DNA of 63,391 nucleotides, filler included, from Reticulomyxa filosa (GCA_000512085.1; 21 parts of 21 records of this genome joined end to end with filler, not necessarily neighbours in it); one strand, 5' to 3'; shown: positions 11,547 to 25,420, numbered from the whole stretch's first letter. A program made the numbers and translations. Notes: generated from the sequence alone by a model not told the origin.

Positions 11547-12156
11547 NNNNNNNNNNNNNNNNNNNNNNNNNNNNNNNNNNNNNNNNNNNNTTAATTAATT
11601 AANNNNNNNNNNNNNNNNNNNNNNNNNNNNNNNNNNNNNNNNNNNNTAAGTTCCTTTCGTATTACACTTAATCTTCTCTCAAGTCCAACACTGCTTATAA
11701 TTTTTATGTTGATATCAAAATGAAATAAAGACAAAACTGTATTCATTGTTTATTTTTTAGTTTAAAAGGTCTGTCTATTCTGAAAAAGACAATGCTGCTG
11801 TGCTTGCAAAGACAAAAATGTTTTAATTATATTGTTTCAACTGTTATCTTCGTACGATTTCAGCGTATTTTCGAATTAAGGATATAATTCCCAAGGGCAT
11901 ATTGTATCTTCGTTTTGATAAAAATTTTCTTTGGCTTTACTTGAAAGAGATCGAATAATAATAAACACAATCAGCTCTTAAAGTTAGAGAAATATACATT
12001 TGTTTTTACTCAAAAACTTCAATAGATGTTCTAAGTCATGAAAAGTTCTGAAAAAAAATTTTCTTTTGCAAATACATCCATTTTTTGACGAGCTTCAAAT
12101 AATCAAATTTTCAGGATTTTGCAAAAAATTAAAAACAAATATAATGCAAAGACATT

Positions 12157-14430
12157 TTATTGTCTGGAGGTCTCACGTTTGATCGACTCTTCAATAAGAC
12201 TAATCGCGGTTTCCACTTGTCGAGGCGTGCCGGATACAGTGATGTGTCTCTCATTTTTAGTTGGTACATTGTCAATTTGAATCGACGCTTGCGATTTCAG
12301 TCGGATTTCTTGAATATTCCGACCTTGCCTCCCGATGACACTTCCAATCAACTTTGTGGAAACAGGAATTACTACCGGAGTTGATTCATTCTCCGCGGAA
12401 TCGTCATTTTTATATTGTTGATATCCCTTTCCTGTGATGTAATTTGTGTATACGTGTGTGCACAAAAAAAAAGCTTTTTTTACTTTTTTTTTTAACTTTC
12501 AGATGGTAGCGGGTGTCTTCGTGATTGTCGAGCTGTTCCAAAAGTGGAAGTACCGAATTTGTCATTAACCGGGACATAAGAGAGAGCATTTTGAATAGAA
12601 TGATTTGGATAATGGTAATTGGTATAGCCAATCGACGGTGCATTGATTCTCAGCAGCTGTGCATCCGTCCCTGGTTGTGCTTGCGCACCTGCGTATCGTG
12701 GACGATAAAATGATTGATTTGAGGCGGGACCATCTCGGCCACGTCTTAAAGGACATCCGCATCATACACAACACAAATGCACTTTTTTTGGAATCGTTTT
12801 GAAATCAAATGAACAAAACTTTTTTTTTTGAAACCTGAAAGAGGATTGTTTGGGTTTTCTTTCCGGTGACAACCATTGTTTATTTTTTCTTTTGTCCTAA
12901 AAAAAAAAAAAAAGTTCTCCACTTGAATCCGAACTTTTTAAAATGCTGTTTTCTTTTGTTTTTATTTTGTGAGGGAGAAAAACAAAAAAGGCTAAACATA
13001 GAGTTGCAGGACATCACAAGAAGGATCATACGGAACCCGTGGTGGCATGAAAGCATTACTTTCTAACAGTCTTTGAACAATATGTTGGATTGCAGCATGT
13101 GTGGCAGTCTTGGTGCCATAGATATCAACAGTTTTTTCTGTTGAATAACGCAGCAATTGGGACGAAATATAGATATCCGCTTTTGTTATTTTACGAATAT
13201 AAGAAATAGCTTCTCCACCTTTTCCAATCAAACGTCCAATATTTTTCTCTTCCACCAACAATGTTATTCCATACGATGCACTTAGCCCACTTACGTTTTT
13301 GTTTACACTCGGATTTTCGTTTTCATGCTCATTATCATTTCCGTATTCATTATGACTGTCATCATTTGCGTCTTTTGTTATCTCATCTTCTGATTGTTTT
13401 TTAGCGTTTCCCATGTCCCAACTGGCATTGATCGATTCTCTCGACTGTGCGTCACAAATCATTTGTAATGCACAAATTATAGGGCCCACACTACCTTCGA
13501 CCGATCCAATTCGATACAAAGCACTTGCCACTGGTTTCTGTTTGCCATGCATTGTAACACCATACCAAACATAGACTTTTCCATTCACTCCGCCTTTTTT
13601 TTATTGCCATTTTTTTTTTAAAATAAAAAAACAAAAAAAAAAAAAGTGAGGCATGTTGGCAACTAACAAGAGGAGGTATACTTAACAGCAATAAATATTT
13701 TGGTATCGGACCGATTTCGAATGCTGTTGATAGTAGCCCCACCTTTGCCAATCAAACTTCCAACTTTTCTCGCGTCCAACAAAAGTCGCAAGGTATACAC
13801 GTGTGCGTTAGTATTCACCGTTGGGACAAGTCCTACCTTACTTATCGGTTCATTTTCGGCACACCTTTGTTCATTATTTTTTTGTTGTTGTTAGTTTTTC
13901 CATTTTCATTTGTTTAAAAGAGGGTGCAAAAGGGGAGGAAAGAAAAAATGAAGCACAACTAATACAGTACTCCTTTTGCTTTTTTTTTTTTTTTTTTGAG
14001 ACAAAAAAAAAACAAGCAAGGGATAGGGGAGAATTTAGCTGTATTTCTAAACTTGTGATCAATGTTATTGAGATTGTTATTGCCAGCCACACAGGTACCT
14101 TTGTTGGTAGGTTTATCTTCAATTTTATTGGAATCTTCATTGGTCAGCTTCTTGTTCGTTTTCTCTTCTCTTACTTGCTTGTCTGTTTAAAAAAAAATAA
14201 AAGAGAGCAGAGAGGAGGGGATGCAGCATTTTTTTCTCGATGGTGATCAAAAAAAAAAATGTAATTGAATCCTTGCCAAAAAAAAAAGCAAAAAAAATAC
14301 CTGCATTAGTTGTTTGTTCACTGTTGGAATTGTCAATTGCGTTACTTGTAATCATTGCTTGTTATGGTCAACTGTAATTCAAAAAAAAATTTGTGTCATG
14401 TCCCACAATTTTGTACCGATTTTGCGCCAT
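12157..14430 (-). CDS. Triple KH-domain RNA-binding protein (PCBP/hnRNP K-like), multi-exon
   Basis: KH1 LRLLLDARKVGSLIGKGGATINSIR (about 13690-13800), KH2 IGRLIGKGGEAISYIRK, KH3 IGSVIGRQGRNIQEIR...ITVSGT. The 5' end is approximate. Confidence 0.85.
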
Positions 14431-16112
14431 GCAAAACAAATGCAAATACACTTTACAACAAAACGCACCAAAAAAAAATTTAAAAAAAAGAAAAGGGATG
14501 AGCCAAGTGAATGCCAAAAGTGACACTTTTCTTAGGTTTTTTTTTTTGCACACTATTGAAAATTTAGTTTTATTTAGAAAAAAGAAACAAAAAGAGAAAG
14601 AAAATAATCAAAAATAATTGATAATGCAAAAGAGAAAAATGGGATCGTTGTAGCCTGCATCTTGCTAAGTGAAGCGTTGTTCCGTCAAAGAACTTACTTA
14701 ATAAACCAATAAGAAAATTCACAAACTCACCCTTTCACAGACATGTCCGCTCAAACTTATAGCGAATTCTTTCACGTGCCTGGAATGATCTTACTACTAT
14801 AAATGGATACTTTTCGTTTGTTTTTTTTTGTGTTTGCTCAGTTCAGAAATTTAAACCTGTCTAACTCTAAGAAAACTCAGCCTTCTTTACCAAGAAGAAC
14901 AGTTTTCTTTTGTCTTTTATCTTCTTTAAAAATACAGAATTCTATTTCTTTTATAAAAAATTCTACAGTACACTACAATAAATTCATAGGTATGTAATCT
15001 TAAATAACAAGTAAAAACATTATGTTGTTATTTAAATTGAAGCTGAGTATTTTAACAATAGATTTTGAAAGTATATAGTCTCATAGATATGTTGATTATG
15101 AAAACGATCTCAATTCAAAAAAAAAAGAGTAAAATAATAAAGAAAATGTGCTTGCCTAATCACATAAAAGAATTAATGGAAAAACCACAAGGAAGAAAAC
15201 GTTGTGATGTAAAAGATAATAACAAATCACGAAACATTTTAATGCATTATCCGTTTCAACCAACAAATGTACGTCACAAATGATTAATATAATTTATGTA
15301 TCAAATTATAAGCATGTTTTATTGACACAAAAGACAATCAATTCCAAACCATCATTGAAAGAAACGAAATTTCACAAAGGTTTTCAAAGGAGACAAATTA
15401 ATGACATTTGGCCAAATTTTGAACAAAAAAAAGCTAAACAAAGAGAACAAGCAGTTAAATAAATAAATGAAAATAAAATGAAATATCTGTGTAACATTAT
15501 TTTCTTTTTGAAATATTAAAGGAGTTAATAAGAGAAAATCATGAAATAAAAAGAAGAGATTTTCTGCAAACAAAAATGAATGCCAATGGAAATACTATTT
15601 TAGGTGGATATATTAACAAAGAAAGGTAGTTATTAATTGTTAAAACAAAAAGATTATTTAATATTTTTTTATTTTTTATGAATAGAAAACTATTAATGCA
15701 TCGAAAAAAAGCACCCATTGATAATAATTGTTATGAACGGACTAAAGTAATTGATGATAGAATGTCACCAAATTGGTTTTTCTCACCAAATTTGTTAATA
15801 AGCAATTATTTTTCTTCTTTTAAAATTTTTTATAACTATTCTTGATGTGTTATGTGTGAATAGAGCAAATCGTCGACAAGTAAAAAAAATGACAGATACC
15901 ACAACAAAATATAGTAGTGTTATCGGATATGGAAAAAATCAATTAAAATCTCAAGGAGTATTGGATAACTTTCAAGGGCATGGATATGAATAGTAAACAT
16001 TTTTAAAATTGATTTTCATGTTGTAAATGTTTAGTTTTAATGTTAACTTAAGATGTTTCAAAGGTACCCCAAGTAGAACGGTTTTAAAAAATTCTAACAA
16101 AAACTTAATAAA

Positions 16113-16786
16113 ATGAAAGACGTTAAATTTGAAGTCTTAACTCTTTCACCTTCAACAAAAGTGTTTCGATTTTCTCGTACCAATACAACCTTTATATTAT
16201 TCTTTTGGTTTTTATTGTTTGGTGTGTTTTGGGCTGCAGGTCACATGTATTTAACACAACGAAAAAAGATCCACTTTATGTTTTGATATTCCCAGTGGTA
16301 TTATTTTGTTTTCAGATTTTAGTATTTAATCCAATTTTTAGTGGTTATGTTAATTTATATTTTCGATGTATAACACTCATACAGTATAAATGTATAACAT
16401 TTAATAATAATACTTTTTGTTTGTTTAAATACAAAGAATCCATGGTAATTCATATAGGATTATCTATAGAATTAACAAAACAGTTCATATTTCCATGTTA
16501 TATTTCGTCTAAATATCATCAATATATTGACTGGAATGAAATTGATACTATTATTATAAATGAAGGATTTAGACTTTGTGCAATTCATTATTATTTAGCT
16601 ATTTTACCAAAACATCAATCTTATTTATATTTACCATTTCAAGTTATTTTTTATTGTCTTTCTTTTATTGTATAATGCAATTTTTGTTTTGTTTTGTTTA
16701 CTGCTTAGCATTTTTTACCTCGGTTAGAAGCGCTGCGTCCTATTTACAAAGAGCTCAAACTTCTCTTTCAAAATCAATCAAAATAA
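16113..16786 (+). CDS. PIGH: GPI-GlcNAc transferase subunit H (PIG-H/Gpi15), multi-exon
   Basis: ESMVIHIGLSIE...IDWNEIDTIIINEGFRLCAIHYYLAIL...PFQ plus last exon 16709-16786 HFLPRLEALRPIYKEL matches the PIG-H pattern (INE, YYL, PRL). Two N-terminal hydrophobic segments. Confidence 0.8.
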
Positions 16787-17536
16787 ATTTTTTAGTTTTG
16801 TAAACAATTAAAAACTTATTCGTCAGTGTTAGTAATTAAACTATTACAACAAAGGCATATAATATTTTTATTTGAATACAGCGCAATACTGTACCATTCT
16901 TTATTGGAACGTTAAGCTTAAAAATTCAATCATTTGTAAAAGCAAATTTACTTTTCGTAATTGAACAGTGCTATCTGAATAAATACGCATTTTCCTTTTT
17001 TTGTGTTTTATACTGTATTTTGATTTTTGGTTTATTGAATAGTCGCTAAGAAAATGAAAAAGTTCAAATGAAGCTAATTTTTCTCTTGTCAGCATTTCTT
17101 GCAATTAGACATTTTTTAAGTTGCTCTTGCTATCTTAATTTATTATTTTATTCTTAAATGCCTTATTCTTGAAAATTGCACCTGGCTCGTAAACTTTTAT
17201 TTTTATTGTAACATGCAATGATGCGCTAAAATGAAACTTTTACAAATGATTTATCAATATATATGAACGTTGTTCGAACAAATAAATCATTAATTTTATG
17301 GTATAGAATGGGTTCGTTTGCGATTGTAGTACTCAAAAATCTGTTCCTTGACGTAAAAACAGCTAAAGGCTTTAGTGTACTTAGTTTGACTAAAAATAAA
17401 TGCTTATACGCATGTTGCACAGGTTTAAACTTAGTTTTTGTTCGTATTATTGGGGGTTTTTTGTAAAAAAAAAAGCCAAAGTTCATGTAAGGTTTTTTTT
17501 TGTGTGAAAGAGTAAGCCTGATAACCAGCCTCAGCC

Positions 17537-18115
17537 ATGGCAATGAAGAAATTATCCCTTTTGTTTAGTGGATCAAAGCAAGTTGGCATTGTGGAGAATA
17601 CGTTGAAGCATATGGCACAGCTGAGTGACACAAAAAAGTACGAATCAGCGTCAGAGAAGTTGTCGGAAGACCTGAAAGCGTTGCACTTGATGTTATACGG
17701 TGATCCAGACCACGAGGCGAATGCAGAGGACGTAAAAAAATTGATCCCAATGATATTGGAAGTGGACAAAGATGGCCACAATTTATTTTACAAGCTGTGC
17801 AAGCATTTGAAGGATTTGGAATTCGAGGCAAAGAAGCAAGCGTCACAAATAATCTGTTTTGTAGTGCGCAAATGCAACAAGAGTGAATTGCCGGAATATT
17901 TGCAAAACCATAGCGACATATTTGTATATTTAATGGAAGGGTTCGAAGACCAGCAATTGGCACAGCATGCAGGAAGTGTGTTGCAAGAGATGGCAAAGCG
18001 AAGTGAAATTGGTCCAATGCTTTTTAATGTGTCCCTTTCCTTAAAAAAGACTTCGAGTACCATTGTGTTCAAGCCCTCGTTACAAGCAAAAAGCTCTTCC
18101 CAATTTTTGGATAGG
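17537..18115 (+). CDS. CAB39: MO25/CAB39 family scaffold, first exon (truncated)
   Basis: EKLSEDLKALHLMLYGDPDHEANAE...LCKHLKDLEFEAKKQASQI matches the Mo25 LYG and LxFEaKKd motifs. Confidence 0.85.
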
Positions 18116-18186
18116 TTATGTGTATATGTTATAGGACCGCGGGTACACGAAAGTGAGGAGGAGGGAAAGAAAGAAAGCCAAGGGGT

Positions 18187-18221
<35 letters not shown>

Positions 18222-18349
18222 NNNNNNNNNNNNNNNNNNNNNNNNNNNNNNNNNNNNNNNNNNNNTTAATTAATTAANNNNNNNNNNNNNNNNNNNNNNN
18301 NNNNNNNNNNNNNNNNNNNNNTTTTTTTTTTTTTTTTAATAAAAAAAAG

Positions 18350-18555
18350 AGCAATGAGCCGGCAATATTGGCTGGACGAACCATGGTCGAGTCCATAGAG
18401 AAATTACTGAGCAGTTGTCCGAAGTTTGACACATTGATGATTCGAGGAAAAGCTTGGTTTGGCCAAAATTTTCAGCAATCACTTAAACAATATTTGCGTG
18501 AGCCAGCCAATACTCCTGTCGTCAAATTGTATACTGTCGCACTTGACTCATGTTA

Positions 18556-18592
<37 letters not shown>

Positions 18593-19599
18593 TATATTAT
18601 TTTTTTTTTTTTCCTTTCTCATTTTTATCGATCACTTCGAAAAGAAAAAAATCCAATCAGATTCGGCATTTCGATGGCCAAATCGTAAACAGAGTACCAC
18701 GCAGTTTTCTGAATATTTACCCATTTTCAATTTGTCTTCCCTACCTTTCACTGGTCACCGAGCCCTGATGATTGGCCTAGATGCTTCGGGGAAGACCACC
18801 ATTTTGTATAAACTCAAAGTTGGTTTTACCTGCCTTTGTTTTTTTCTGTATTGACTTGTATGACATAACCCCCGATGCTCGAGTCGGTGCTTTTGAAACA
18901 CACGTCACGACCAAATAAAAGCTGGGCGAAACAGTCACAACCATTCCGACCATTGGCTTCAATGTGGAAGACGTCACTTACAAAAATGCAAAGATAACCT
19001 TTTGGGACGTTGGTGGACAGTTACACTGCAATACATATACAATTTATGATTGTCCCCTTTTTTATGAAACAAGACCAAATATAACATTTCTTTTGTTTGC
19101 TTGTTTGTGTTTTTTTTTTCAAAAAAAAAAAAAAAGAGAGAGAATTCGTCCTCTCTGGCGTCATTACTATCAAAACACGTCTTTAATCGTCTTTGTTGTC
19201 GATAGTAGTGATAGAGAGAGGATAGACGAAGGTTTGCTCGCCCCCTTTTTTTTTTTTGAATGGTATGTATAATCGTGGCAATAACAATAAAAAAAAATGT
19301 GCCTTACTATAGTCGGTCACGAATTGAGTCGCGTTTTGGCGGAAGATGAACTGCGAAATGCACCTCTGTTGGTTTGGGCTAACAAACAGGACTTGCCAAA
19401 TAGACTCGACCCTGACACAATAGCCAAGCGGCTGGGACTGACTACTTTAAAGACCCGTCCTTGGCATATCCAAGGATGTTGTGCTGTGACTAACGATGGC
19501 TTGTACGAGGGAATTGAGTGGTTCCTTCAAGTCGTGGGAAGTGGCTCTACCTCGTCCAAAAACAGTATTGTCGAAATTTTTGATGATTTGCAATCTTGA
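18350..19599 (+). CDS. ARF-family GTPase domain with N-terminal extension (5' truncated), multi-exon
   Basis: [15 protein letters not shown] | [22 protein letters not shown] | [21 protein letters not shown] | ANKQDLP..QGCCA. Upstream exons add more than 90 aa. Confidence 0.9.
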
Positions 19600-20038
19600 G
19601 AGACAGAGTTTCACTTGCAAAACAAACACTAAATAAACAAGCAAATATCCACTGAGGGCGAGCAAGAAAACCACATAAAATCATTTTGATCGGGTTTGTT
19701 TGTTTTCCTTTGTGCTCTGGCAGTGTAGCGCAAATTTCAATTTGAGGACTATCATTGTCCCTCCCAACCTTGTAAAAGCTATTCGTTCATTCTCATCTAA
19801 ATAATAACATACAAATTGATAATATTACAACTCAAATAATACTCATATTGTAGTTTTTTCAAACCTTTGAGGCCAAAAACACGATTACGAATAAGTTTTG
19901 ATATCGAAATTTACTGAATTGATGTTTGACTTCAACATAATCGTACGCAGAACTGATCAGTCTCCCTTTTGAAAGGGGAATTTCGCTCAAAATAAAATCT
20001 TTCTCTAAGCAGTTTTTTTGTGATTTGTAAAACTAAAA

Positions 20039-20811
20039 ATGAATCTGAATGTACTTTTGCTTGTGTCATCATTTGTAGTGATTTTTTTGGCGATTTTGGG
20101 AACAAATCCTCAATTAACGATGAGGCTGCAATCCCCTTCTGATTTTGCTTCAGCTGTTGGCTTAAGGATTGAGGCAAATAAGACTTGGACTCCAGATCAC
20201 TCTACGGACAAACGTGAATTAGTGGAAGGGATGATATATCCTTTCACTCCAGAATTTGTCTCACTGGGTAAGTCTACGATCGATCCTTTTGTACGTCAAT
20301 GGACCGAGATGAACAGACCAGAGCCAGAAAAGAAAAAGAAGCAAGATTCGGAGTTGTATACCGGTGTCGAGTCGAATGAGTTTGCTGGGATAATGAATTA
20401 TTGGCACAACAATTTCGACTATGAGGCGATCCATAACGCAATATTTGCAGAGGAGAAATACTACACTCATCACGTGGTTCAAATAAAGGGATTAAAAATT
20501 CATTTTGTCCATCATCGTGCAAAGACGTCAAACACAAAAGCAATACTTTTATTGCATGGTTGGCCGAGCTCGTTTTATGAGTATAGCAAGTTTGTGTTGC
20601 CGTGGCTAGCTCAGGAAGAGAAGGCTATTGCAGGTACGTATGACATTGTGATACCCTCGTTGCCAGGATTCGTCTTCAGTGAGTATGGCGATCACTCGTC
20701 TTTTCAATTGGTCCATGTATGCGAAATCTTACGAATATTAATGGAACAAGTTTTGAATTACGATTGGTATGTCGTTCACGGTAACGATTGGGGTTCCCTT
20801 ATTGCGCATAT
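20039..20811 (+). CDS. Microsomal-type epoxide hydrolase (EPHX1/JHEH-like), truncated
   Basis: N-terminal signal anchor; GLKIHFVH, LLLHGWPSSFYEY, IVIPSLPGFVFS, and nucleophile motif GNDWGS. Confidence 0.9.
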
Positions 20812-21129
20812 NNNNNNNNNNNNNNNNNNNNNNNNNNNNNNNNNNNNNNNNNNNNTTAATTAATTAANNNNNNNNNNNNNNNNNNNNNNNNNNNNNNNNN
20901 NNNNNNNNNNNAAAAAAAAAAAAAAAGGGGCCAAGAGAAGAGAGAGGAGGGAAGAACAGCGGAATATCGCATAAAAAGAAGGGGAGGTAACCTTTTTTTT
21001 TTTTTTTCCTCTCTCCTTTTCTTACTTCTCCTCTTTTCTCATTCTGGCCTTTCACTTTGTGATCTTTCTCTAAGACAAATGGGAGAGGGGAGGAGGAAAC
21101 AAAACAAAACAAAACAAAAAAATGTGAGA

Positions 21130-21521
21130 TACATGAGAACTATTGGATAATCGATCATGAACATGAGTGTTTGGATCATTGCCATGTGGCAATGGAAATA
21201 AAGGAGACGGAGCATAAGCCTGACCTTGTGAACGAGATGATTGTTGTTGTTGTTGTTGATTTGTGTTTGGATCCAATGATCCCCCATGCACAAAGCTGTA
21301 GAGCCCATCCCACACACCCCAGTTTGATGTTGTCGTGACCACAGTCATTATACAGTACAATATAATATAATACAATGAAATTGTAAGTGTTATCTCTATT
21401 TCTTCTCGCTTGTGTTCTTCCCATGTGCCACAAGCACACATACATACCTCCCTTTGGGGTGTGCAGGTGGTGGTTGGAATGACTTCACAAATTCGGCGTA
21501 CACATCGGCTATTTCCTCGGA
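21130..21521 (-). CDS. U2SURP/SR140-like splicing factor, N-terminal exons (partial)
   Basis: Exon 21521-21448 and the exon starting at 21295 splice in phase to SEEIADVYAEFVKSFQPPPAHPKGSFVHGGSLDPN, resembling the SR140/RRC1 YxEFvxSF...FVRGG motif (recalled, not searched). Confidence 0.5.
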
Positions 21522-24199
21522 CTCAATTGATTAATTATTATTTTTTTTTTTTTTTTTTTTTATTTTTAAAAAAAAAAAGGGGTTTACAATCAATGTATGA
21601 GTTGTATTGTATGTGTCATCCAAGTTCTTAATTTTTTTTTTTTAAATGTACACCATTAAAAAGAAGGGAGGGGGAAATATGCGTTAGAAAAAATAAAAAC
21701 AAAAAAAAGGTTCAACAAAAAAAAAAACTTTGTTGTGCTTTTTTTGTTTTGTTTCGTTTCTTTTACCTCGGTTTGATTTCTTGATTTCAATGGATTCAAT
21801 CTTCCGACTTGAATATTCGAATTTCCCTAAACATTGCCAGAGTATTTTAAAAAACAAAACACGTCACACAGATTAAATGTTGATAGTCTCATGAATCCAA
21901 TTTCCAAGACTCGCTTCCTTCGCAGGTCTTATTTTTACCGAAAAGGGAGTTTTGAGTCTTCTGATTGTATTTGCTTGGATGATCACAAGTCTTCAAAGAC
22001 TTTTTCAAACAAGCAAACCACTGGCAGATGTAAACATAACTTTCGTCTGTGGTTTCACTGTGAATTTCATTTCTCCAAAGAGATAATGTCTCTTTCAGGT
22101 CTTTCTGTTAATCAAAACCACTTCCAATAATAAGGAAGACTGATAGAAATGGCAAAAAAAAATTTCTTAAATTATTATAGATTATTTTTTAACTAAAAAG
22201 TTCAGTTGGATTATTGACTAGTCTAACGCGATGTTATGAACTGATTTTCATTTTGTTGTTTTGTCCAACAAGGTGTATCTATCCTTGGATTTTTAGCTTT
22301 TAACTTGAGAATGCATGTGCCAGTGTAATATAACATATTTAACATGACTGTAATGTCCTTGAATCCTCTTAATCCTTTTTGCTGGCTCACATTCCGTAAT
22401 TGAATGATGTATTGAGAAATTGTGTATATATCTCACGGAAATGGTGCGATATAGCAAAATCTATGTACTGATATTTTTTTGCGTATTTTTATTCAGTTGC
22501 AGCAAGCCACATTTCAATTAGTTTATGATAAATATATCTGGAGAAAACTATGCTTTTATCCATTAGGAATACACTTTAAATTTTGTGTATAATCATTGTG
22601 GTGCAATACAACATACAAATTATTCATCATTACAAAATGCCTTAATTATTATATATGGTGTCGAATGATGGCAACATTATGTGTTAAAACTTTGTTTGCA
22701 AAAAATGACATATTATACTAGTCAATTTCTAAATGAAAGACAAATGTTTCATAATATTTTTTTAACACGAGCACTGAAATTAGTTTTTTAATACAGTCAT
22801 TATATGTTTAACAAATATTTACTTCATGCGATTTTTGAACTGAAATAATTTATAACACAATACTAACTATTAACAAAATTATATTTTACTAAATAATTTT
22901 ATTACTAAAACTTTTCTGTTTCTTTATTTTTGTTATTGTATTATGTTTTGTGAATTATTTTCTACTTAATTTAATTATGTTTTATTGAAATATATTTCAG
23001 TAACAAGTTATTTTCATACTACATTTAAGTAGCAGTATATCTTATCAAAATGATTATTGTTATTACAATAATTTGACAAAAATGTGTTTCTTTGTTTCGC
23101 ATTTATTATATATATTTAATATTTATATTATACAACAAACAACATCTATATATTTATTTGCGTTTGTATTCAAACTAAAACATAATTATTTTGATTAATA
23201 ACTTTGCAATGTTATTTATTATTGACAACTTTATTATTTTTATTTTAGTACATAAATGTAATCTTTGTCAATATACAGTAAAATGTAACGTAAAGTTGAC
23301 TATAAAACAGCATATTATATAGATAATTGATTTTCTTCATAAAAAAACAACATTCAGACATAATTTTTAAAAAAATATATACAGATTAGTATTTTATATA
23401 TTTTTATAATATGGAATAAAGTTTATATTATATATTTTATTTTGAATATCTTTGCGATTAGCATAATATCATATTATAAAATATCTTATTTATAATATCA
23501 TTTTGTATATATTTTTTAATAATTATTTAATTATTCTAAATTTTAAACCTTTTTTAATATTTATATATTTATTTTCTATTTATATTTTCTTTATAATTCA
23601 TTTTGAATGACAGTTTGTTTTTGGTTTGTTTAAAGCGTTTTTTGATTATCTGTAAATTTTGTTGACTTTTCTTTATAAATGATAATGTGATATTGTTATT
23701 TTATTTTATCTATTTATATATTGCAGTCATTTTATGTAAAACTATAATATAAATTATACTTTGTAGTATATATACTATAATTTGTTAAACAATTATATAT
23801 TATTTATCACTTATTAATCTTTTATTATATTTGCAATGTGACTAGACACATTAATTAATCAACAATATTTATTTTTAGCATTTTTCATTATTAATTGTTT
23901 GTTTCAAACAAATAATCACTTAATATTTATTATCTTATACTTTACTACATTTTGCAGCAAAATCATATTAAACAACAATTTATTATAACTTATAAATTAG
24001 CTTTAATGTAGCAATATTTATTAATTCGATTTGTCTTGTATTGTTGTACTAAATAAATTTTTCTTTTTTTAGTTCTATTTATTTATTAAAAAAGACATAA
24101 AAATATAAAAATATGTTTGCTATATTTGAAACATTTGCTCAATACATGAAAAGATATATATGAAATTCGACAAACTGTCAAATGATTGATAACATTGGA

Positions 24200-25189
24200 C
24201 AAATTGAAAGCATCAAAATCGAAAGAGGACAACGACGAATACGGAAAGATTTTGAAGACGGCATGCGACTATGCCAAAAAAATCTGGTAAAAATAGCGAC
24301 TCAAACGAGCAGTTGGCATTGGCATTTGATCGAATAGCAGTCGAATTCGGGGTGCGAATCTTGCGACTCATTCCGGGCAATATCAGTACATAATTGGAAT
24401 GCAAGTCTGTCCTTTGACGTCCGTCAATGTGTCTGTCGTGCCGAACGCGTCATACAAATGTACCAAGAGTTGCGTATTCCAAATGCGAAAGACCTAGTAT
24501 TAATCAAACTCGCTTCCACTTGGGAAGGCTTTCAAGCGTGCAAAATATTAAAAAAAAGGGATTCGTTGCAATATGACCCTGCTTTTTAATATTTGGCAAG
24601 CCGCATCAGCAGCTCAGATTGGCGAAGCGTATTTGATATCCCCTTTCGTTGGTAGGATTAAATATTGTTACAAAAAAGAAAAATGTGTTAGCGGATTCGC
24701 GATCAAGGATGACACTGGCCCGAAATCAGTAGAAACGATTTACAAATATTACAAAAAGTTTGGCTTCAAAACTATTGTTATGGGCGCTTCGTTTCGAAAT
24801 AAAGATCAAGTGCTCGCATTGAACGGATGCGATCGATTGACCATTGCCCCGCAATTGCCCAAGAACTACAGGATTCCCGTCAGCCCATCCAAAGGAAACT
24901 GCACGAACAAGCCGCAGTGAAATAATATGAATTTGATTATCTTGAATGTTACCGAAAGTAACTTCAGATATCGAATGTGTCATTACGTTTCAACTTATGC
25001 TTTTCTTTTTTTTTTGTACTGTTTTTTTCTGTTTCAAAAATAGACCTTTTTTTTTTTGGTGAACAGAAGATGCCATGGCCACAGAAAAGTTGGCAGATGG
25101 ATTCTCTTGTTTGCTGCTGATACTGAGAACTGGAAAATGTTTTGAAATCAAAATTTTTCCCAGATGCTTCTCCTAAGTCTAAATTGTAG
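24200..25189 (+). pseudogene. TALDO1: Transaldolase, disrupted copy ending in -SKL
   Basis: VEFGVRILRLIPGNIST*, LIKLASTWEG (Schiff-base Lys), CNMTLLF, LISPFVGRI, VMGASFRN, CDRLTIAP, EDAMATEKLADG. In-frame TAA at 24391, several frameshifts, N-terminal TTNPS motif not found. Confidence 0.85.
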
Positions 25190-25420
25190 TTTGTTGAACG
25201 CTCTTTCTTTTGCTGTCAATTAAACGAATGAACTTCGTCTTTTCATTTAAAAATTCCACTTTATCTCCTTTACTATCAGCATCGAAATAATATGGACAAA
25301 TATTTTTTTAAGAGGTTCAACCCTTTCGATAAAAAAACTTTTTTGATGGATCCTTTATTGAACACAATACAAATTGATCTGGCATAAATAAATCCAAAAA
25401 AAAAAAATACTTGGTATAAA

